Shown in pieces: positions 1 through 14,860 of a stretch of 64,000 bases of DNA. The position numbers and the translations under genes were made by a program. The number at the start of each line of letters is the position of its first letter. Position 1 is the first letter of the stretch. Source of the DNA: Myxococcota bacterium (GTDB taxonomy: Bacteria > Myxococcota_A > UBA9160 > PR03); contig JBFIML010000012.1 of assembly GCA_041611735.1 (NCBI GenBank), forward strand, positions 15,433 to 79,432, written 5' to 3'. The notes under the pieces are model-generated. The model worked only from the letters and a program-made list of their open reading frames with translations, had not been told where the DNA came from and ran no database searches.

Positions 1-2
1 TG

Positions 3-932
3 CTCACCGCGAGCCTGGGCATCGCGGTGTATCCGGGAGACGGCACGACTCCCGAGACCCTCATGCGCAGCGCCAATGCGGCCATGCACCACGCCAAGAG
101 CGTTCGGAACGCCTACCGCTTCTTCAGTGAGGCCATGAATGAGAGTGCTTTGCGCAATCTCCGCCTCGAGAATGCGCTGCGGGGCGCCGCCATTCGGGGC
201 GAGCTCCTGCTCCTCTACCAGCCCCAGCTCGAAACCCGCACGGATCGCCTGATCAGCGCCGAAGCGCTGGTCCGCTGGCGCTCGCCCGAGTTCGGCCTGG
301 TCAGCCCGGGCGAGTTCATCCCGTTGGCGGAGCAGACGGGTCTCATCGAGCCGATCGGCGAGTGGGTGCTCGAGGCCGCCTGCGCCCAGCTGCGCGCCTG
401 GCGCGCCGCGGGCCTCGCGCCGCTCCGGGTGGCCGCCAACGTCTCGAGTCATCAGGTGCGCAGGCCGCAGCTCGTGGACACGGTGGCACGGCTGCTGCAG
501 CAGTACGCGGTGGATCCGAGCTGCCTCGAGCTCGAGATCACGGAAAGCGCCCTGCTCGCCGACGAGCCGGTGGTGATAAAGACGCTCCAGGGCCTCAAGG
601 CGTTGGGCGTACGCCTCGCCCTGGACGACTTCGGCACCGGCTTCTCCTCGCTGAGCCACCTGGTGCGCTTCCCGATCGACGCGGTCAAGATCGACCGCTT
701 GTTCGTGAGCGACATCGACTCGGGCGGCCAGGGGGTCGGCATCGTGGCCGCGGTCCTGGCCATGGCCCGGAGGCTCGAGCTCACGGTCACGGCGGAAGGG
801 GTCGAGACCGCAGAGCAGGCCGCGTACCTGCGCCGCGAGGGCTGCGACTTCCTGCAGGGCTACCTGCTGGGCCGGCCCGAGGAGCCCGCCGCCCTGGCGG
901 AGCGGCTGCGGAAGACGTCGTCCGGGACCTGA
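3..932 (+). CDS. GGDEF-EAL c-di-GMP signalling protein, C-terminal part (5' end lies outside the window)
   Basis: The frame is open from the window edge (..LTASLGIAVYPGDG.., RSANAAMHHAK = end of a GGDEF domain). A complete EAL domain follows: LLYQPQ, SAEALVRW, ELEITES, DDFGTGFSSLSHL, KIDRLF, AEGVETAEQ, QGYLLGRP. Confidence 0.9.
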   Translation, partial: LTASLGIAVYPGDGTTPETLMRSANAAMHHAKSVRNAYRFFSEAMNESALRNLRLENALRGAAIRGELLLLYQPQLETRTDRLISAEALVRWRSPEFGLVSPGEFIPLAEQTGLIEPIGEWVLEAACAQLRAWRAAGLAPLRVAANVSSHQVRRPQLVDTVARLLQQYAVDPSCLELEITESALLADEPVVIKTLQGLKALGVRLALDDFGTGFSSLSHLVRFPIDAVKIDRLFVSDIDSGGQGVGIVAAVLAMARRLELTVTAEGVETAEQAAYLRREGCDFLQGYLLGRPEEPAALAERLRKTSSGT

Positions 933-941
933 CCCGCACCC

Positions 942-1292
942 CTACCAGCGGGAGCCGGACCGCAGCGGGTCGCGCCCGAAGAACTCGAGCGGCTCGTCCA
1001 AGGTGAGGTGGTCCGGGACGATCACGTAGTCGCCGCGCAGGGCGGGCTGGATCAGGGTGCGCCCGATCTCCCGATCGCCACCGGTCAGCGCCCAGGCGGC
1101 CACGCCCGTGGTCCCTCCGAGCAGCGCATACACCACCTTGACGGGTCCGTACACCAGGTTCAGCACGGCACACGTGGTTCCGAGAGCGAATTCGGTGACG
1201 GCCCAGCGCTCCTGGGCCTGGGCCGACGACGGCGTCGCCACGGCCAGCAAGACCGCCACGAGCGCAATCCCGAGCGAGCGAGCGATTCGCAT
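942..1292 (-). CDS. hypothetical exported protein (116 aa)
   Basis: Starts at ATG 1292. N-terminus MRIARSLGIALVAVLLAVATPSSAQA looks like a signal peptide. GC3 is high. No family recognised. Confidence 0.6.
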   Translation of the reverse strand: MRIARSLGIALVAVLLAVATPSSAQAQERWAVTEFALGTTCAVLNLVYGPVKVVYALLGGTTGVAAWALTGGDREIGRTLIQPALRGDYVIVPDHLTLDEPLEFFGRDPLRSGSRW

Positions 1293-1341
1293 GCCTAGAT
1301 TCTAGCGCGGCGCCCAGGGCGGCGCGCGGACCGCGAGCAGC

Positions 1342-1418
1342 TGGTGACCCAGGCAGGATTCGAACCTGCGACCTCTTGCTCCGGAGGCAAGCGCTCTATC
1401 CAACTGAGCTACTGGGCC
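1342..1418 (-). tRNA. tRNA-Arg (anticodon CCG)
   Basis: A 77-nt cloverleaf read on the minus strand. Acceptor GGCCCAG/CTGGGTC (one G-U), D arm GCTC-AGTTGGATA-GAGC, anticodon arm CTTGC-CTCCGGA-GCAAG, T arm GCAGG-TTCGAAT-CCTGC, encoded ACCA end. Confidence 0.9.
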
Positions 1419-1470
1419 CAGCGGGCCAGCGAGCCGTGCAGGCGCGCCCGAAGTACGCGCCGAGAAGCGA

Positions 1471-1546
1471 TGGTGGGACCTACTGGGCTCGAACCAGTGA
1501 CCTCCGCGGTGTGAACACGGCGCTCTCCCAACTGAGCTAAGGTCCC
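1471..1546 (-). tRNA. tRNA-Val (anticodon CAC)
   Basis: A 76-nt cloverleaf read on the minus strand. Acceptor GGGACCT/AGGTCCC, D arm GCTC-AGTTGGGA-GAGC, anticodon arm CCGTG-TTCACAC-CGCGG, T arm ACTGG-TTCGAGC-CCAGT, encoded ACCA end. Confidence 0.9.
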
Positions 1547-1606
1547 AATCTCCCGATCATTCCTAGTCGAGCGGGCCCGGCTTGGCAAGCCCGGGTCACT
1601 GCCTCG

Positions 1607-3363
<1,757 letters not shown>

Positions 3364-3380
3364 ACCGCCTCCCGCGGCGC

Positions 3381-4421
3381 TCAGGGAACGAAGGGCGCCT
3401 CGAGCAGCCCCTCGGTCTCCGGCCAACCGCGCATCCGGTTCATGCACTGGACCGCCTGCCCCCCGGCTCCCTTCACCAGGTTGTCGAGGGCCGAGAGCAG
3501 GATCACGGTGCCGGTGCGCCCGTCCGCCCAGGCGCCCACGTCGCAGAAGTTGCTGCCCCGCACGCCGGCCAGGCTCGGCGTCTCGCCCACCGGCAGCACC
3601 CGTACGAAGGGCTCATCGGCATAGGCCCCCTCCAGCACGGCCCGCGCCCGCTCGCCGGAGAGGGGACGTCGCGGTCTGGCGTATACCGCACACACGATGC
3701 CTCGGATGGTCGGGATCAGGTGCGGCGTGAAGACCACTCGCACCGCCTCGCCGGCCACCGTCCCGGCCTGCTCCTCGATCTCCGGAACGTGGCGGTGGAC
3801 GCCTCCCACCTTGTAGGCCCGGCAGTTCTCGTCGAGCTCGGCGAAGAGATAGTCCTCCTCGGTCCTTCGACCGGCGCCGGACACCCCGGACTTCGCGTCG
3901 ATCACGATCGACCCGGGCTCGAGGCAGCCCTCGCGCAGGAAGGGCAGCAGCGGAAGCAGGGCCGCCGTCGGGTAGCAGCCCGGCGCCGCCACCAGCTCCG
4001 CGTGGGCCAGGGCTTCCCGGTGCCACTCGGGCAGCCCGTAGACGGCGCTCCCCAGCAGCTCCGGAGCCCCGTGCTCCCCGTACCAGGCGGCGTAGTTCTC
4101 GGCGCTCCGCAGCCGGAAGTCCGCCGAGAGGTCGATGACCACGAGCCCCGCCTTGCGCAGGTCGCGCACCATGGGGGCGGACGCGGCATGGGGCAGGGCC
4201 GTGAACGCCAGCTCCGCCCGACCCGCCAGGGCCGCGGGATCGGCGGCTTCGAAGCAGAGGGGAAGCAGCCCACGCAGGGCCGGGAAGGCGTCGCCCACCG
4301 GGCGCCCGGCGCGCCGCTCCGAGGTCACCGCCACCAGCTCCGCCCGCGGGTGACGCAGCAGGATGCGGAGCAGCTCGAGACCCGTGTAGCCGCTGGCCCC
4401 GACCACGGCCACGCGCATCAC
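3381..4421 (-). CDS. argC: N-acetyl-gamma-glutamyl-phosphate reductase
   Basis: N-terminus MMRVAVVGASGYTGLELLRILLRHP. Contains ..GCYPTAALLPL.. with the catalytic Cys. 346 aa, SD GAGGAGGGA upstream. Confidence 0.93.
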   Translation of the reverse strand: MMRVAVVGASGYTGLELLRILLRHPRAELVAVTSERRAGRPVGDAFPALRGLLPLCFEAADPAALAGRAELAFTALPHAASAPMVRDLRKAGLVVIDLSADFRLRSAENYAAWYGEHGAPELLGSAVYGLPEWHREALAHAELVAAPGCYPTAALLPLLPFLREGCLEPGSIVIDAKSGVSGAGRRTEEDYLFAELDENCRAYKVGGVHRHVPEIEEQAGTVAGEAVRVVFTPHLIPTIRGIVCAVYARPRRPLSGERARAVLEGAYADEPFVRVLPVGETPSLAGVRGSNFCDVGAWADGRTGTVILLSALDNLVKGAGGQAVQCMNRMRGWPETEGLLEAPFVP

Positions 4422-4481
4422 ATCCCTCCTCGGCTCCTCAGCTCGCGGACCCTCGTTTCGCCCAAACCCGGCTTCCCGCCG

Positions 4482-4518
4482 CCGAAAACGGCGACGGGAG
4501 GCCGCCCGGCCTCCCGTC
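4482..4518 (-). terminator. intrinsic terminator-like hairpin after rpsI
   Basis: An 11-12 bp perfect GC-rich stem, GACGGGAGGCC-loop(4)-GGCCTCCCGTC (4493-4518). On the minus strand it is followed by GCCGTTTTCGG (T-tract 4488-4485). It starts 32 nt after the rpsI stop. Confidence 0.55.
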
Positions 4519-4549
4519 GTCCCGATCTGGACGGCCGAGCGCCGGCCTC

Positions 4550-4951
4550 CTAGCGCTTCGAGAACTGGAAGCGCGCCCGCGCGCCGCGCTGTCCGTACTT
4601 CTTGCGCTCCTTCTTGCGCGCATCCCGGGTCAGGAAGCCACCGCGCTTGAGCACCGGGCGCAGGCCCGGATCGAGCTTCTCGAGCGCCCGTGAGATGCCG
4701 TGCCGCAGGGCGCCCGCCTGGCCCGAGGGCCCTCCGCCGCGCACGCTCGCCGACACGTCGTAGCGGGTCACCGCATTGGCCTGGTCGAGCGGCTGCTTGA
4801 CCAGGATGCGCAGCACCTCCCGCCCGAAGTACTCGTCCAGGGGCCGGCCGTTCACCAGCAGGTTCCCGGCCCCGAGCTGCATGCGGACCCGGGCGACGGA
4901 GGTCTTGCGCCGGCCGGTCGCGATGGCGGCAGTGGATACGCTCTCAGCCAA
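4550..4951 (-). CDS. rpsI: 30S ribosomal protein S9
   Basis: Contains ..[14 protein letters not shown].. and ends ..[21 protein letters not shown] start at 4951 with a GGAGGA SD 8 nt upstream. Overlaps the rplM stop by 8 nt. Confidence 0.93.
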   Translation of the reverse strand: MAESVSTAAIATGRRKTSVARVRMQLGAGNLLVNGRPLDEYFGREVLRILVKQPLDQANAVTRYDVSASVRGGGPSGQAGALRHGISRALEKLDPGLRPVLKRGGFLTRDARKKERKKYGQRGARARFQFSKR

Positions 4952-5396
4952 CGTGCAATTCCTCCGGCTTCTGCGCCGCGTGCGGATGCTCCGGACCGGC
5001 GTAGACCTTGAGCTTGCGCTGGAGCTTGCGGCCCAGGCTGTTCTTGGGCAGCATGCCCTTCACCGCGCGCTCGATCACGCGCTCCGGACGCGCCCCCTCC
5101 AGCACCGCCTCCGCCGTCTCGGTGCGCAGCCCGCCCATGTAGCCCGAGTGATGGTAGTAGATCTTGCGCTCCCGCTTGCGTCCCGTGAGGCGCACCTTCT
5201 CGGCATTCACGACGATGACGAAGTCGCCGACATCGGCGTGGGGCGTGAAGGCCGCGCGATGCTTGCCGCGCAGCAGCGACGCCACGCGCGTGGCCAGGCG
5301 CCCGAGCACCTGGTCGGCCGCGTCCACCACGTGCCAGTGGGGCGACACGTCACCCGGGCGGGCGCTACGAGTGACGCGGGGCGGACGGGCAGCCAT
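4944..5396 (-). CDS. rplM: 50S ribosomal protein L13
   Basis: ORF 4944..5840 trimmed to ATG 5396. Motifs [27 protein letters not shown].. and ..[11 protein letters not shown].. 150 aa. Confidence 0.93.
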   Translation of the reverse strand: MAARPPRVTRSARPGDVSPHWHVVDAADQVLGRLATRVASLLRGKHRAAFTPHADVGDFVIVVNAEKVRLTGRKRERKIYYHHSGYMGGLRTETAEAVLEGARPERVIERAVKGMLPKNSLGRKLQRKLKVYAGPEHPHAAQKPEELHVG

Positions 5397-5446
5397 GGGG
5401 TCGCTCCCTGGGATCCGAGTACGGGTAGCCGAGGGGGGTCCCGGCG

Positions 5447-6226
5447 TCAAGAGCCCCGACGCCGCAAGTCCGCGCCCGGTGGGCGGAATCCGTACTCGAC
5501 GCGCACCAGGGTGAGGCCCCGGGCGGGGGCGGTGGGCCCGGCTCGGCGCCGGTCCCGAGCCGCCAGCAGCTCCGCCATCGAGTCGGCAGCCCGGCGGCCG
5601 CGGCCCACCTCCAGCAGGGTCCCTGCCAGGGTGCGCACCATGTGGCGCAGGAAGCCGCTTCCCTCCACCTCCAGCTGGAGCGCCCCGGCGCCACGACCGC
5701 GCAGCTCGAGCCGGGTGAGGGTGCGACGCGTGGTGAGCACGCTCGAACCCGAGGCCTGGAAGCTCGCGAAGTCGTGTTCGCCCACGAGCGCCGCGGCCGC
5801 CTCCCGCATGGCGTCGAGATCCAGAGCGGCCCGCACCCACACGGAGCGACGCGCCCGCAGCGGCGAGGGCGCCCGCCCGTTCCAGATCATGTATCGGTAG
5901 AGCTTGGAGCGCGCGTCCCGCCGGGCGTGGAAGCTGCCGGGAGCGCGGGCGAGGCGTACCACCGCCACGTCCCGGGGCAGCACGGCATTCAGGGCCCGCG
6001 CCAGCGCCGCCGGGACCACGCGCGTCTCCAACTGCACGTTCGCCACCTGCCCTTCCGCGTGCACGCCCGCGTCGGTGCGGCCGGCTCCCATCACGGCGGC
6101 CCGGCGCCCCGTCACGCGGGTGATGGCGGCCTCGAGCGCTCCCTGCACCGTGCGCCGCCCGGCCTGGGCCTGCCAGCCCGCGAAGTCCGTGCCGTCGTAC
6201 TCGAGGAGCAGCCGGTAGTTCGCCAT
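5447..6226 (-). CDS. truA: tRNA pseudouridine(38-40) synthase
   Basis: ORF 5447..6967 trimmed to ATG 6226. Motifs [19 protein letters not shown] and [11 protein letters not shown] (catalytic Asp). 259 aa. Confidence 0.93.
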   Translation of the reverse strand: MANYRLLLEYDGTDFAGWQAQAGRRTVQGALEAAITRVTGRRAAVMGAGRTDAGVHAEGQVANVQLETRVVPAALARALNAVLPRDVAVVRLARAPGSFHARRDARSKLYRYMIWNGRAPSPLRARRSVWVRAALDLDAMREAAAALVGEHDFASFQASGSSVLTTRRTLTRLELRGRGAGALQLEVEGSGFLRHMVRTLAGTLLEVGRGRRAADSMAELLAARDRRRAGPTAPARGLTLVRVEYGFRPPGADLRRRGS

Positions 6227-6233
6227 CCCGCCG

Positions 6234-7232
6234 CTAGCCGGCGCGGAGACGCGCCTCGGCCAGGCGCACCGCATTTGCAGCGGCGAGGCGCAGGGTGTCG
6301 GCAGCGAGCCACAGCAGGATCCCGCCCGCGCAGCTCGGGTCGCGCCGCACGCGACCCACCTGCACCACGTCGCGCCCCGTAGTGCCCCGCGTGGTGGGGC
6401 CGGAACCCTCCTCCCACAGGCGCACGCCCTCGGCGTCGCGCAGCACGGCCCGCGCGGCCTCGACCGCCGCCGGGCGCTCGATCTCCAGGGCCAGGGAGCC
6501 GCCGTCGCCGCAGAAGGTCGGCACCTGCACCGCCGTCGCCGCCACGGCGACCTTCCCGCCGAGCACGCGCCGCACCGCCGCCGCGAGCGCCGCCTCCGCG
6601 CGCGTGGCGCCGTCCGGCTCGGGCTCGCCGAGGCCCGACATGCAGTCGAAGGCCACCGGGTGGCCGAACACCTGGGGCGCGGGGGGATCCTGCTGGTTGA
6701 AGAGGGCGATGCTCTCGCTCGAGAGCGCCTCGATCCCCCGGCGGCCGCTACCCGAGGCGGCCTCGAGGGCGGTCCCCACCACGCGCCGCAGCCCGAACTC
6801 CCGCTGCAGGGGCGCGAGGGCGAGGATCCAGGCCAGGGCGGGTCCGGCGGGAGTGGACACCAGGGGTTGCGCCAGCGCCTCCCGGGGCGCGTGCGCTCCG
6901 GCCACCAGCAGCGGGACCCCCGCCTGTCCGGCCAGCCCGCCGGAGAGGTCCACGGTCGCCCCCGCACCGCGCAGGGCGGCCGGGGCCAGATCCAGGCAGA
7001 CCGCCGGGGGCGCGCACAGGAAGATCCAGTCCAGGCGGTCCGGATCCGGGAGCTCGCCCGCGACCGGGTACGGCTCGCCGCGGAAGTCGATGGCGTCGCC
7101 GGCCGAGCGCGGCCCGGCCACCAGCACCAGCTCGCGTACCGGAAAGCGCCGTTCCTCGAGCACCGAGAGCACCTCGCTCCCGAGCGCGCCCGTGGCCCCC
7201 ACCACCGCCACCCGCCAGCCGGCGCCGCTCAC
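6234..7232 (-). CDS. usg: USG-1 family protein (aspartate-semialdehyde dehydrogenase paralogue lacking the catalytic Cys and His)
   Basis: GTG 7232 overlaps the leuB TGA (GTGA). N-terminus [32 protein letters not shown]. The position of the Asd NPNC(S/T)T motif reads STPAGPA. The position of VPVxxGH reads [10 protein letters not shown]. It lies directly upstream of truA, as E. coli usg does. Confidence 0.7.
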   Translation of the reverse strand: MSGAGWRVAVVGATGALGSEVLSVLEERRFPVRELVLVAGPRSAGDAIDFRGEPYPVAGELPDPDRLDWIFLCAPPAVCLDLAPAALRGAGATVDLSGGLAGQAGVPLLVAGAHAPREALAQPLVSTPAGPALAWILALAPLQREFGLRRVVGTALEAASGSGRRGIEALSSESIALFNQQDPPAPQVFGHPVAFDCMSGLGEPEPDGATRAEAALAAAVRRVLGGKVAVAATAVQVPTFCGDGGSLALEIERPAAVEAARAVLRDAEGVRLWEEGSGPTTRGTTGRDVVQVGRVRRDPSCAGGILLWLAADTLRLAAANAVRLAEARLRAG

Positions 7233-8314
7233 GGGGAGGCCCCGAGACGCGCCAGCACGAGATCCGCCATGGCCCGACAGCCGACGCTGGGGCGCTCCTC
7301 GCCGGGCAGCAGCAGGTCCGCCGTGCGGTGGCCCTGGCTCAGCACGCCCTCCACGGCATCGCGCACCCCCCGCGCCGCCTCGGGGGCGTCCAGCGAGTGC
7401 TCCAGCAGCATGGCCGCGGAGAGGATCGCCGCCAGCGGATTGGCGCGGTCGCGCCCGGCGATGTCGGGCGCGGAGCCGTGCACGGGCTCGTAGAGGCCGA
7501 GGCCGCCCTCCCCGAGGCTCGCGGACGGGAGCATTCCCAGGGAGCCCGTGATCATGGCGGCCTCGTCGGAGAGGATGTCCCCGAACAGGTTCCCGGTCAG
7601 GAGCACGTCGAAACGCCGCGGCTCGCGCACCAGCAGCATCGCGCAGGAGTCCACCAGCTGGTGGGTCAGGGTCACGTCCGGGTGTTCCCGGGCCACCTCC
7701 TCCACCACCGTGACCCAGAGCTGAGAGACTTCGAGCACGTTGGCCTTGTGCACGTGGGTCACGTGCCGCCGGCGCCGTCGGGCCGCCTCGAAGGCCACCC
7801 GCGCGATGCGGGCGATCTCGAACTCGTCGTAGACCATGGTGTTGCGCGCCACGCGCCGGCCGTCCTCCCGGCCGATGCCGCGCGGCTCGCCGAAATAGAT
7901 CCCGCCGGTGAGCTCGCGGACCACCAGCAGGTCGATGCCCGCTACCACCTCCGGGCGCAGGGTCGAGGCGCCCGCCAGGGGTGCAAAGACGGTGGCCGGC
8001 CGCAGGTTTGCGAACAATCCGAGCTCCTTGCGGATGCCCAGCAGCCCCTTCTCGGGGCGCTGCTCCACGGGCAGCGCGTCCCAGCGTGGCCCCCCGACGG
8101 CACCCAACAGGACCGCTCGACTCTTGCGCGCCCGTTCCAGGACCGCGTCGGCCAGCGGCGTCCCATGGCGGTCGATGGAGGCGCCCCCGATCTCGGCCTC
8201 CTCGAAGTCGAGGGCGATCCCGTGGCGCTCCGCCACCGCCTCCAGGACGCGGCGCGCCTGACGGGTCACCTCGGGGCCGATGCCGTCCCCGGGCAGCACC
8301 AGGATGCGGGCCAC
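7229..8314 (-). CDS. leuB: 3-isopropylmalate dehydrogenase
   Basis: N-terminus [16 protein letters not shown] at GTG 8314, 2 nt after the leuA stop. The ORF-track start at 8362 is an alternative. Motifs ..[12 protein letters not shown].. and ..GSAPDIAG.. Confidence 0.92.
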   Translation of the reverse strand: MARILVLPGDGIGPEVTRQARRVLEAVAERHGIALDFEEAEIGGASIDRHGTPLADAVLERARKSRAVLLGAVGGPRWDALPVEQRPEKGLLGIRKELGLFANLRPATVFAPLAGASTLRPEVVAGIDLLVVRELTGGIYFGEPRGIGREDGRRVARNTMVYDEFEIARIARVAFEAARRRRRHVTHVHKANVLEVSQLWVTVVEEVAREHPDVTLTHQLVDSCAMLLVREPRRFDVLLTGNLFGDILSDEAAMITGSLGMLPSASLGEGGLGLYEPVHGSAPDIAGRDRANPLAAILSAAMLLEHSLDAPEAARGVRDAVEGVLSQGHRTADLLLPGEERPSVGCRAMADLVLARLGASP

Positions 8315-8316
8315 CC

Positions 8317-9869
<1,553 letters not shown>

Positions 9870-9873
<4 letters not shown>

Positions 9874-10697
9874 GGCGTGATTTCCTGGCTGGGCTCCTCG
9901 TACAGGGGCGGCTGGGGCTCCTCGAGCGGGCGGCCCACGACGCGTCGCCACCCCCACTCCACCGGCCCCGTGGCCAGGTAGGCCACCGCCAGCAGGAAGA
10001 GCGAGACGCTCGGCTCCTGCACGATCACCACCAGCGCCAGCACCACCAGCACGAGCGTGCGGAAGGAGTGGCGCAGATCGATCTCCTTGAAGCTGCGGTA
10101 GGGGATCGAGCTCACCATCAGGAGTCCGAGGGTAGCGATGCCGCCGGCCACCAGCGACTCGGGCACGGAGACCTCCAGGCCGTGTTCGCGCAGGAACGAC
10201 ACGAACCACTGGGTCGCCGCGACCGTGCCGGCCGCGGCCGGGCTGGGGAGCCCTTCGAAACGCCCGGGAAAGCGCGAAGCGGAGACGTTGAAGCGGGCCA
10301 GACGCAACGCCGTGGCCACGGCGTAGACGAAAGCCATCACCCAGCCCGTACGGCCCAACACCTCGAGGTTGCCGGCGTGAAAGGCGAGCATGGCCGGCGC
10401 CACGCCGAAAGAGATCACGTCCGCCAGCGAGTCGTACTCGGCCCCGAAGCGGCTCGTGCTGCGAGCCAGCCGGGCCACGCGCCCGTCCAGCACGTCGCAG
10501 ATTCCGGCCAGCACGATCCCGAGTGCGGCGCGGTCGAAGTTGCCGGCCGCAGCCTGCACCAACGAGAAGAAGCCGAACAGGAGGTTACCGGTGGTGAACA
10601 GGTGCGGGAGCAGATAGAGGCCCCCGCGGCCTTCCTGGCGGCGCCGGCGGCGGCGCCGGCGGCGGCTCGCCTCCCCGTTGCTCTCGGAGGTCGTCAC
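9870..10697 (-). CDS. pssA: CDP-diacylglycerol--serine O-phosphatidyltransferase
   Basis: GTG 10697 overlaps the psd TGA. Perfect CDP-alcohol phosphatidyltransferase motif DGRVARLARSTSRFGAEYDSLAD (DGx2ARx8Gx3Dx3D). Multiple TM helices. Confidence 0.9.
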
Positions 10698-11377
10698 GAC
10701 GTTCCCTCGAGGCGACCCACCACGCTGCTGCCGCCCCGCACTCGCTGCCCGCGAACGGCGCTCACGGTGCCCCCGGGAGGGAGCACCACGTCCGTGCGCG
10801 AACCGAAGCGGATCAGGCCGTAGCGAGCCCCCCGCGCCACCCATTCCCCGACCTTCGGATGGCAGACGATGCGACGCGCGACCAGCCCGACGGTCTGGAC
10901 CACCCGCACGCGCTCCCCCCGCTCGGTTTCGAGCACGAGCGTGGTGCGCACGTTGTCCGCCTCGGCGCGCCGGTCGAAGGCTGGCCGATAACGCCGCCCC
11001 GCGTGCTCCACGGCCACGACCCGCCCCGCCACCGGCGCCCGGTTCACGTGCACGTCGAAGATGGAGAGGAAGATCCCGACGCGCGGGTGCTTGCGCCCCC
11101 GCTCGTCCTCCACCTCGCCCACCTCGATCACCCGTCCGTCGGCGGGCGCCACCACGCTGCGTTCGTCGCCGGGGATCGTCCGCTCCGGGTTGCGGAAGAA
11201 GCCGAGCACCGCCAAGGCGAGCCCGGCCAGGGTGATCGCGAGCGCCGGCGCGCCGAACCAGGCGAACCCGCCCGCCGCCAGGGCGGGCAGGGCCGCGAAC
11301 CCGAAGGCGTCCGGCACGATCCGCGCCGTGGGGCGCTCCGCGAAGGACGGCTCTCGGACGCTGGGCCGGGTCGCCAT
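10694..11377 (-). CDS. psd: phosphatidylserine decarboxylase proenzyme (short, Asd-type)
   Basis: ATG 11377. Motif ..IFDVHVNRAPVAGRV.. and self-cleavage motif FGSRTD near the C-terminus. 227 aa. Confidence 0.9.
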   Translation of the reverse strand: MATRPSVREPSFAERPTARIVPDAFGFAALPALAAGGFAWFGAPALAITLAGLALAVLGFFRNPERTIPGDERSVVAPADGRVIEVGEVEDERGRKHPRVGIFLSIFDVHVNRAPVAGRVVAVEHAGRRYRPAFDRRAEADNVRTTLVLETERGERVRVVQTVGLVARRIVCHPKVGEWVARGARYGLIRFGSRTDVVLPPGGTVSAVRGQRVRGGSSVVGRLEGTS

Positions 11378-11378
11378 G

Positions 11379-12401
<1,023 letters not shown>

Positions 12402-12406
12402 GCCGC

Positions 12407-12883
12407 TCACAATCCTCGCATCACGGCCAGCGGGCCGGTGCGCACCAGGTCGCGCAGGCCCAACGGCTCGAGCATCCGGGTGATGGCGCCGATCTTCTCC
12501 TGACCACCCGTGACTTCGATCACGAAGGACTTCGGGCTCACGTCGACGATCTTGCCGCGGAAGATCTCCACGACCCGCAGCACCTCCGCGCGCTGCTCAG
12601 GCGTCGGAGCCACCTTGAGCATGGCCAGCTCGCGCGCCACGAAGGGCTTGTCCAGGAAGTCGGTCACGCGGATCACGTCGATCAGCTTGTGCAGCTGCTT
12701 GGTGATCTGCTCGATGGTTTCGTCGTCGCCGTGCGTGACCAGCGTCATGTGGGAGATGGTCGGATCGATGGTGGGCGCCACGTTCAAGCTGTCGATGTTG
12801 TAGCCGCGCCCGCTGAACATGCCGGCCACCCGGGACAGGACCCCGAACTCGTTGCGCACCAGCACGGAGATCGTGTGACGCAC
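12407..12883 (-). CDS. ilvN: acetolactate synthase small (regulatory) subunit
   Basis: ORF 12407..13084 trimmed to GTG 12883, with a GGAGAG SD in the 16-nt gap after ilvB. ACT domain [33 protein letters not shown]. 158 aa. Confidence 0.92.
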   Translation of the reverse strand: MRHTISVLVRNEFGVLSRVAGMFSGRGYNIDSLNVAPTIDPTISHMTLVTHGDDETIEQITKQLHKLIDVIRVTDFLDKPFVARELAMLKVAPTPEQRAEVLRVVEIFRGKIVDVSPKSFVIEVTGGQEKIGAITRMLEPLGLRDLVRTGPLAVMRGL

Positions 12884-12899
12884 GTCCCGGCTCTCCGGC

Positions 12900-14603
12900 T
12901 CAGTCCGGATCCCGGAGCAGCATCTTTGCGGAAGGCGAGCCGGCGGCGACCATCGGGTAGCAGTTCTCCGTCTCCCGCACGACGCAGTCCACCAGCACCG
13001 GCCCCGGATGGGCGAGCGCCTTCTCGAGGGTCGGCTCCACTTCCTCCGGGCGGCTCGCGCGCAGCCCGAGGGCCCCGAAGGCATCGGCCAGCTTGACCCA
13101 GTCCGGCGCCACGTGCAGGTCGCTGGCGGAAACGCGGTTCTCGTAGAGCAGGTGCTGCCACTGGCGCACCATGCCGAGGTAGCGGTTGTTGATGATCAGG
13201 ACCTTGACCGGGAGACGCTCCTCCACCGCCACCGCGAGCTCCTGGATGGTCATGAGCAGGGAGCCGTCGCCAGCCACGCACAGCACCAACTCGTCCGGGC
13301 ACGCCACCTGGGCGCCGATCGCCGAGGGCAGGCCGAATCCCATGGTTCCGAGCCCGCCGGAGCTCACCCAGTGGTTGGGACGCTGGCAGTGGTAGTACTG
13401 CGCCGCCCACATCTGGTGCTGCCCCACGTCGGTCGTGACGATGGCCTGGCCGTTCGTCATGCGGTAGGCCTTGTCGATCACGAACTGCGGCAACAAGGGC
13501 CCGTCCGCTGGCTGCGTGTAATCGATCGGATGCTCGCCGTCCCAGTCTGCGATCTGCTGCCACCAGGGCGCGATCTGCTCGTGGTAGGCGCCGTAGTCCT
13601 CTTCCTCGCCCAGCAGCTTGAGCAGCTTCTGGAGACAGTTGCGAACGTCGCCCACGATCGGGATGTCGACGTGCACCGTCTTGCGGATCGTGGTGGGGTC
13701 GATGTCGATGTGGATCTTGCGCGAGTGCCGGCTGAACTCGTCGAGCTTCCCCGTGACCCGGTCGTCGAAACGGGCTCCGATCGCGATGAGCACGTCGGCC
13801 CGGTCCACGGCGAGGTTCGCCCGGTAGGTACCGTGCATGCCGAGCATGCCGAGCGAGGCCGGGTGGTTGCCGGGAATCCCGCCGATGCCCATCAACGTGT
13901 AGGTGGTGGGGATGCGGAGCACCTCCACGAGGCGCCGCAGCTCCTCCGCAGCATGGGAGAGGATCACGCCCCCGCCGAAGTACACCACCGGCCGCTCGGC
14001 CTGGAGGATCATGGCGAGGGCCTTCTTGATCTGCCCCCAGTGCCCCTCCACGCAGGGCTGGTAGTGCTCGAGGCGGATCTCCCGCGGATACTGGAACTCG
14101 CACTCCTGGGCACTCACGTCCTTCGGGATGTCCACGAGCACCGGGCCCGGCCGCCCGCTGGTGGCCAGGTAGAAGGCTTCCTTGATGGTGGGCGCGAGCC
14201 GCCGCACGTCCTTGACCAGGTAGTTGTGCTTCGTGACCGGCCGCGTGAGGCCCACGTTGTCGGCCTCCTGGAACGCGTCGCTGCCGATGGCCAAGGTGGG
14301 AACCTGGCCGGAGAAGACCACGACCGGGATCGAGTCCGAGTGGGCGGTGGCGATCCCGGTGATCGCGTTGGTGAGCGCCGGGCCGGAGGTGACCAGGGCG
14401 ACGCCCGGGCGCCCGCTCGCTCGCGCGTAGCCGTCGGCCATGTGCACGGCGCCCTGCTCGTGGCGGGCGAGCACGTGCCGGAAGCCCAGGCGCTGGATGG
14501 CGTCGTAGATGTGCAGGACCGCGCCGCCCGGGTGTCCGAACATCACGTCCACACCCTCTTCGCGCAGGGCATGGAGCAGGATCTCCGCGCCTTTCAACCT
14601 CAC
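12900..14603 (-). CDS. ilvB: acetolactate synthase large subunit
   Basis: GTG 14603. Motifs ..[19 protein letters not shown].., ThDP motif ..[14 protein letters not shown].., and [12 protein letters not shown]. 567 aa. Confidence 0.95.
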   Translation of the reverse strand: MRLKGAEILLHALREEGVDVMFGHPGGAVLHIYDAIQRLGFRHVLARHEQGAVHMADGYARASGRPGVALVTSGPALTNAITGIATAHSDSIPVVVFSGQVPTLAIGSDAFQEADNVGLTRPVTKHNYLVKDVRRLAPTIKEAFYLATSGRPGPVLVDIPKDVSAQECEFQYPREIRLEHYQPCVEGHWGQIKKALAMILQAERPVVYFGGGVILSHAAEELRRLVEVLRIPTTYTLMGIGGIPGNHPASLGMLGMHGTYRANLAVDRADVLIAIGARFDDRVTGKLDEFSRHSRKIHIDIDPTTIRKTVHVDIPIVGDVRNCLQKLLKLLGEEEDYGAYHEQIAPWWQQIADWDGEHPIDYTQPADGPLLPQFVIDKAYRMTNGQAIVTTDVGQHQMWAAQYYHCQRPNHWVSSGGLGTMGFGLPSAIGAQVACPDELVLCVAGDGSLLMTIQELAVAVEERLPVKVLIINNRYLGMVRQWQHLLYENRVSASDLHVAPDWVKLADAFGALGLRASRPEEVEPTLEKALAHPGPVLVDCVVRETENCYPMVAAGSPSAKMLLRDPD

Positions 14604-14641
14604 GCGTGGTCACTCCGTCCGGGGCCCGGCGCGCGACCGCG

Positions 14642-14860
14642 CTAGCGGTAGCGGCTCAGGATGGCCTGGATGCGATCCTTGCCCGCGAGCTTGGTCTTCT
14701 GGATCTCCTTGCGGCGAAGCTCCTCCTCGGGCGTGAGGAAGCGCTGGCGGAGCAGCGCCTCCAGTCGCCCCTCCAGCTCGCGATGTTCCTCCCACAGCAG
14801 CCGGAGCTCCTCGTCCTCCGGCAGCAGTCGCTCGATCAGCTCCCGGTCGCGCGGATCCAT
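14642..14860 (-). CDS. DUF465 (YdcH-like) small coiled-coil protein
   Basis: 72 aa. Sequence MDPRDRELIERLLPEDEELRLLWEEHRELEGRLE..LTPEEELRRKEIQKTKLAGKDRI matches the typical DUF465 pattern (..H..L...I......L.KK.KL..KD.I). Confidence 0.8.
   Translation of the reverse strand: MDPRDRELIERLLPEDEELRLLWEEHRELEGRLEALLRQRFLTPEEELRRKEIQKTKLAGKDRIQAILSRYR

Noticed and set aside
6234-7232. Calling this gene aspartate-semialdehyde dehydrogenase (asd).
   Set aside because: The catalytic Cys and His positions are not conserved. Sequence and context fit USG-1 instead (see the finding on this gene).
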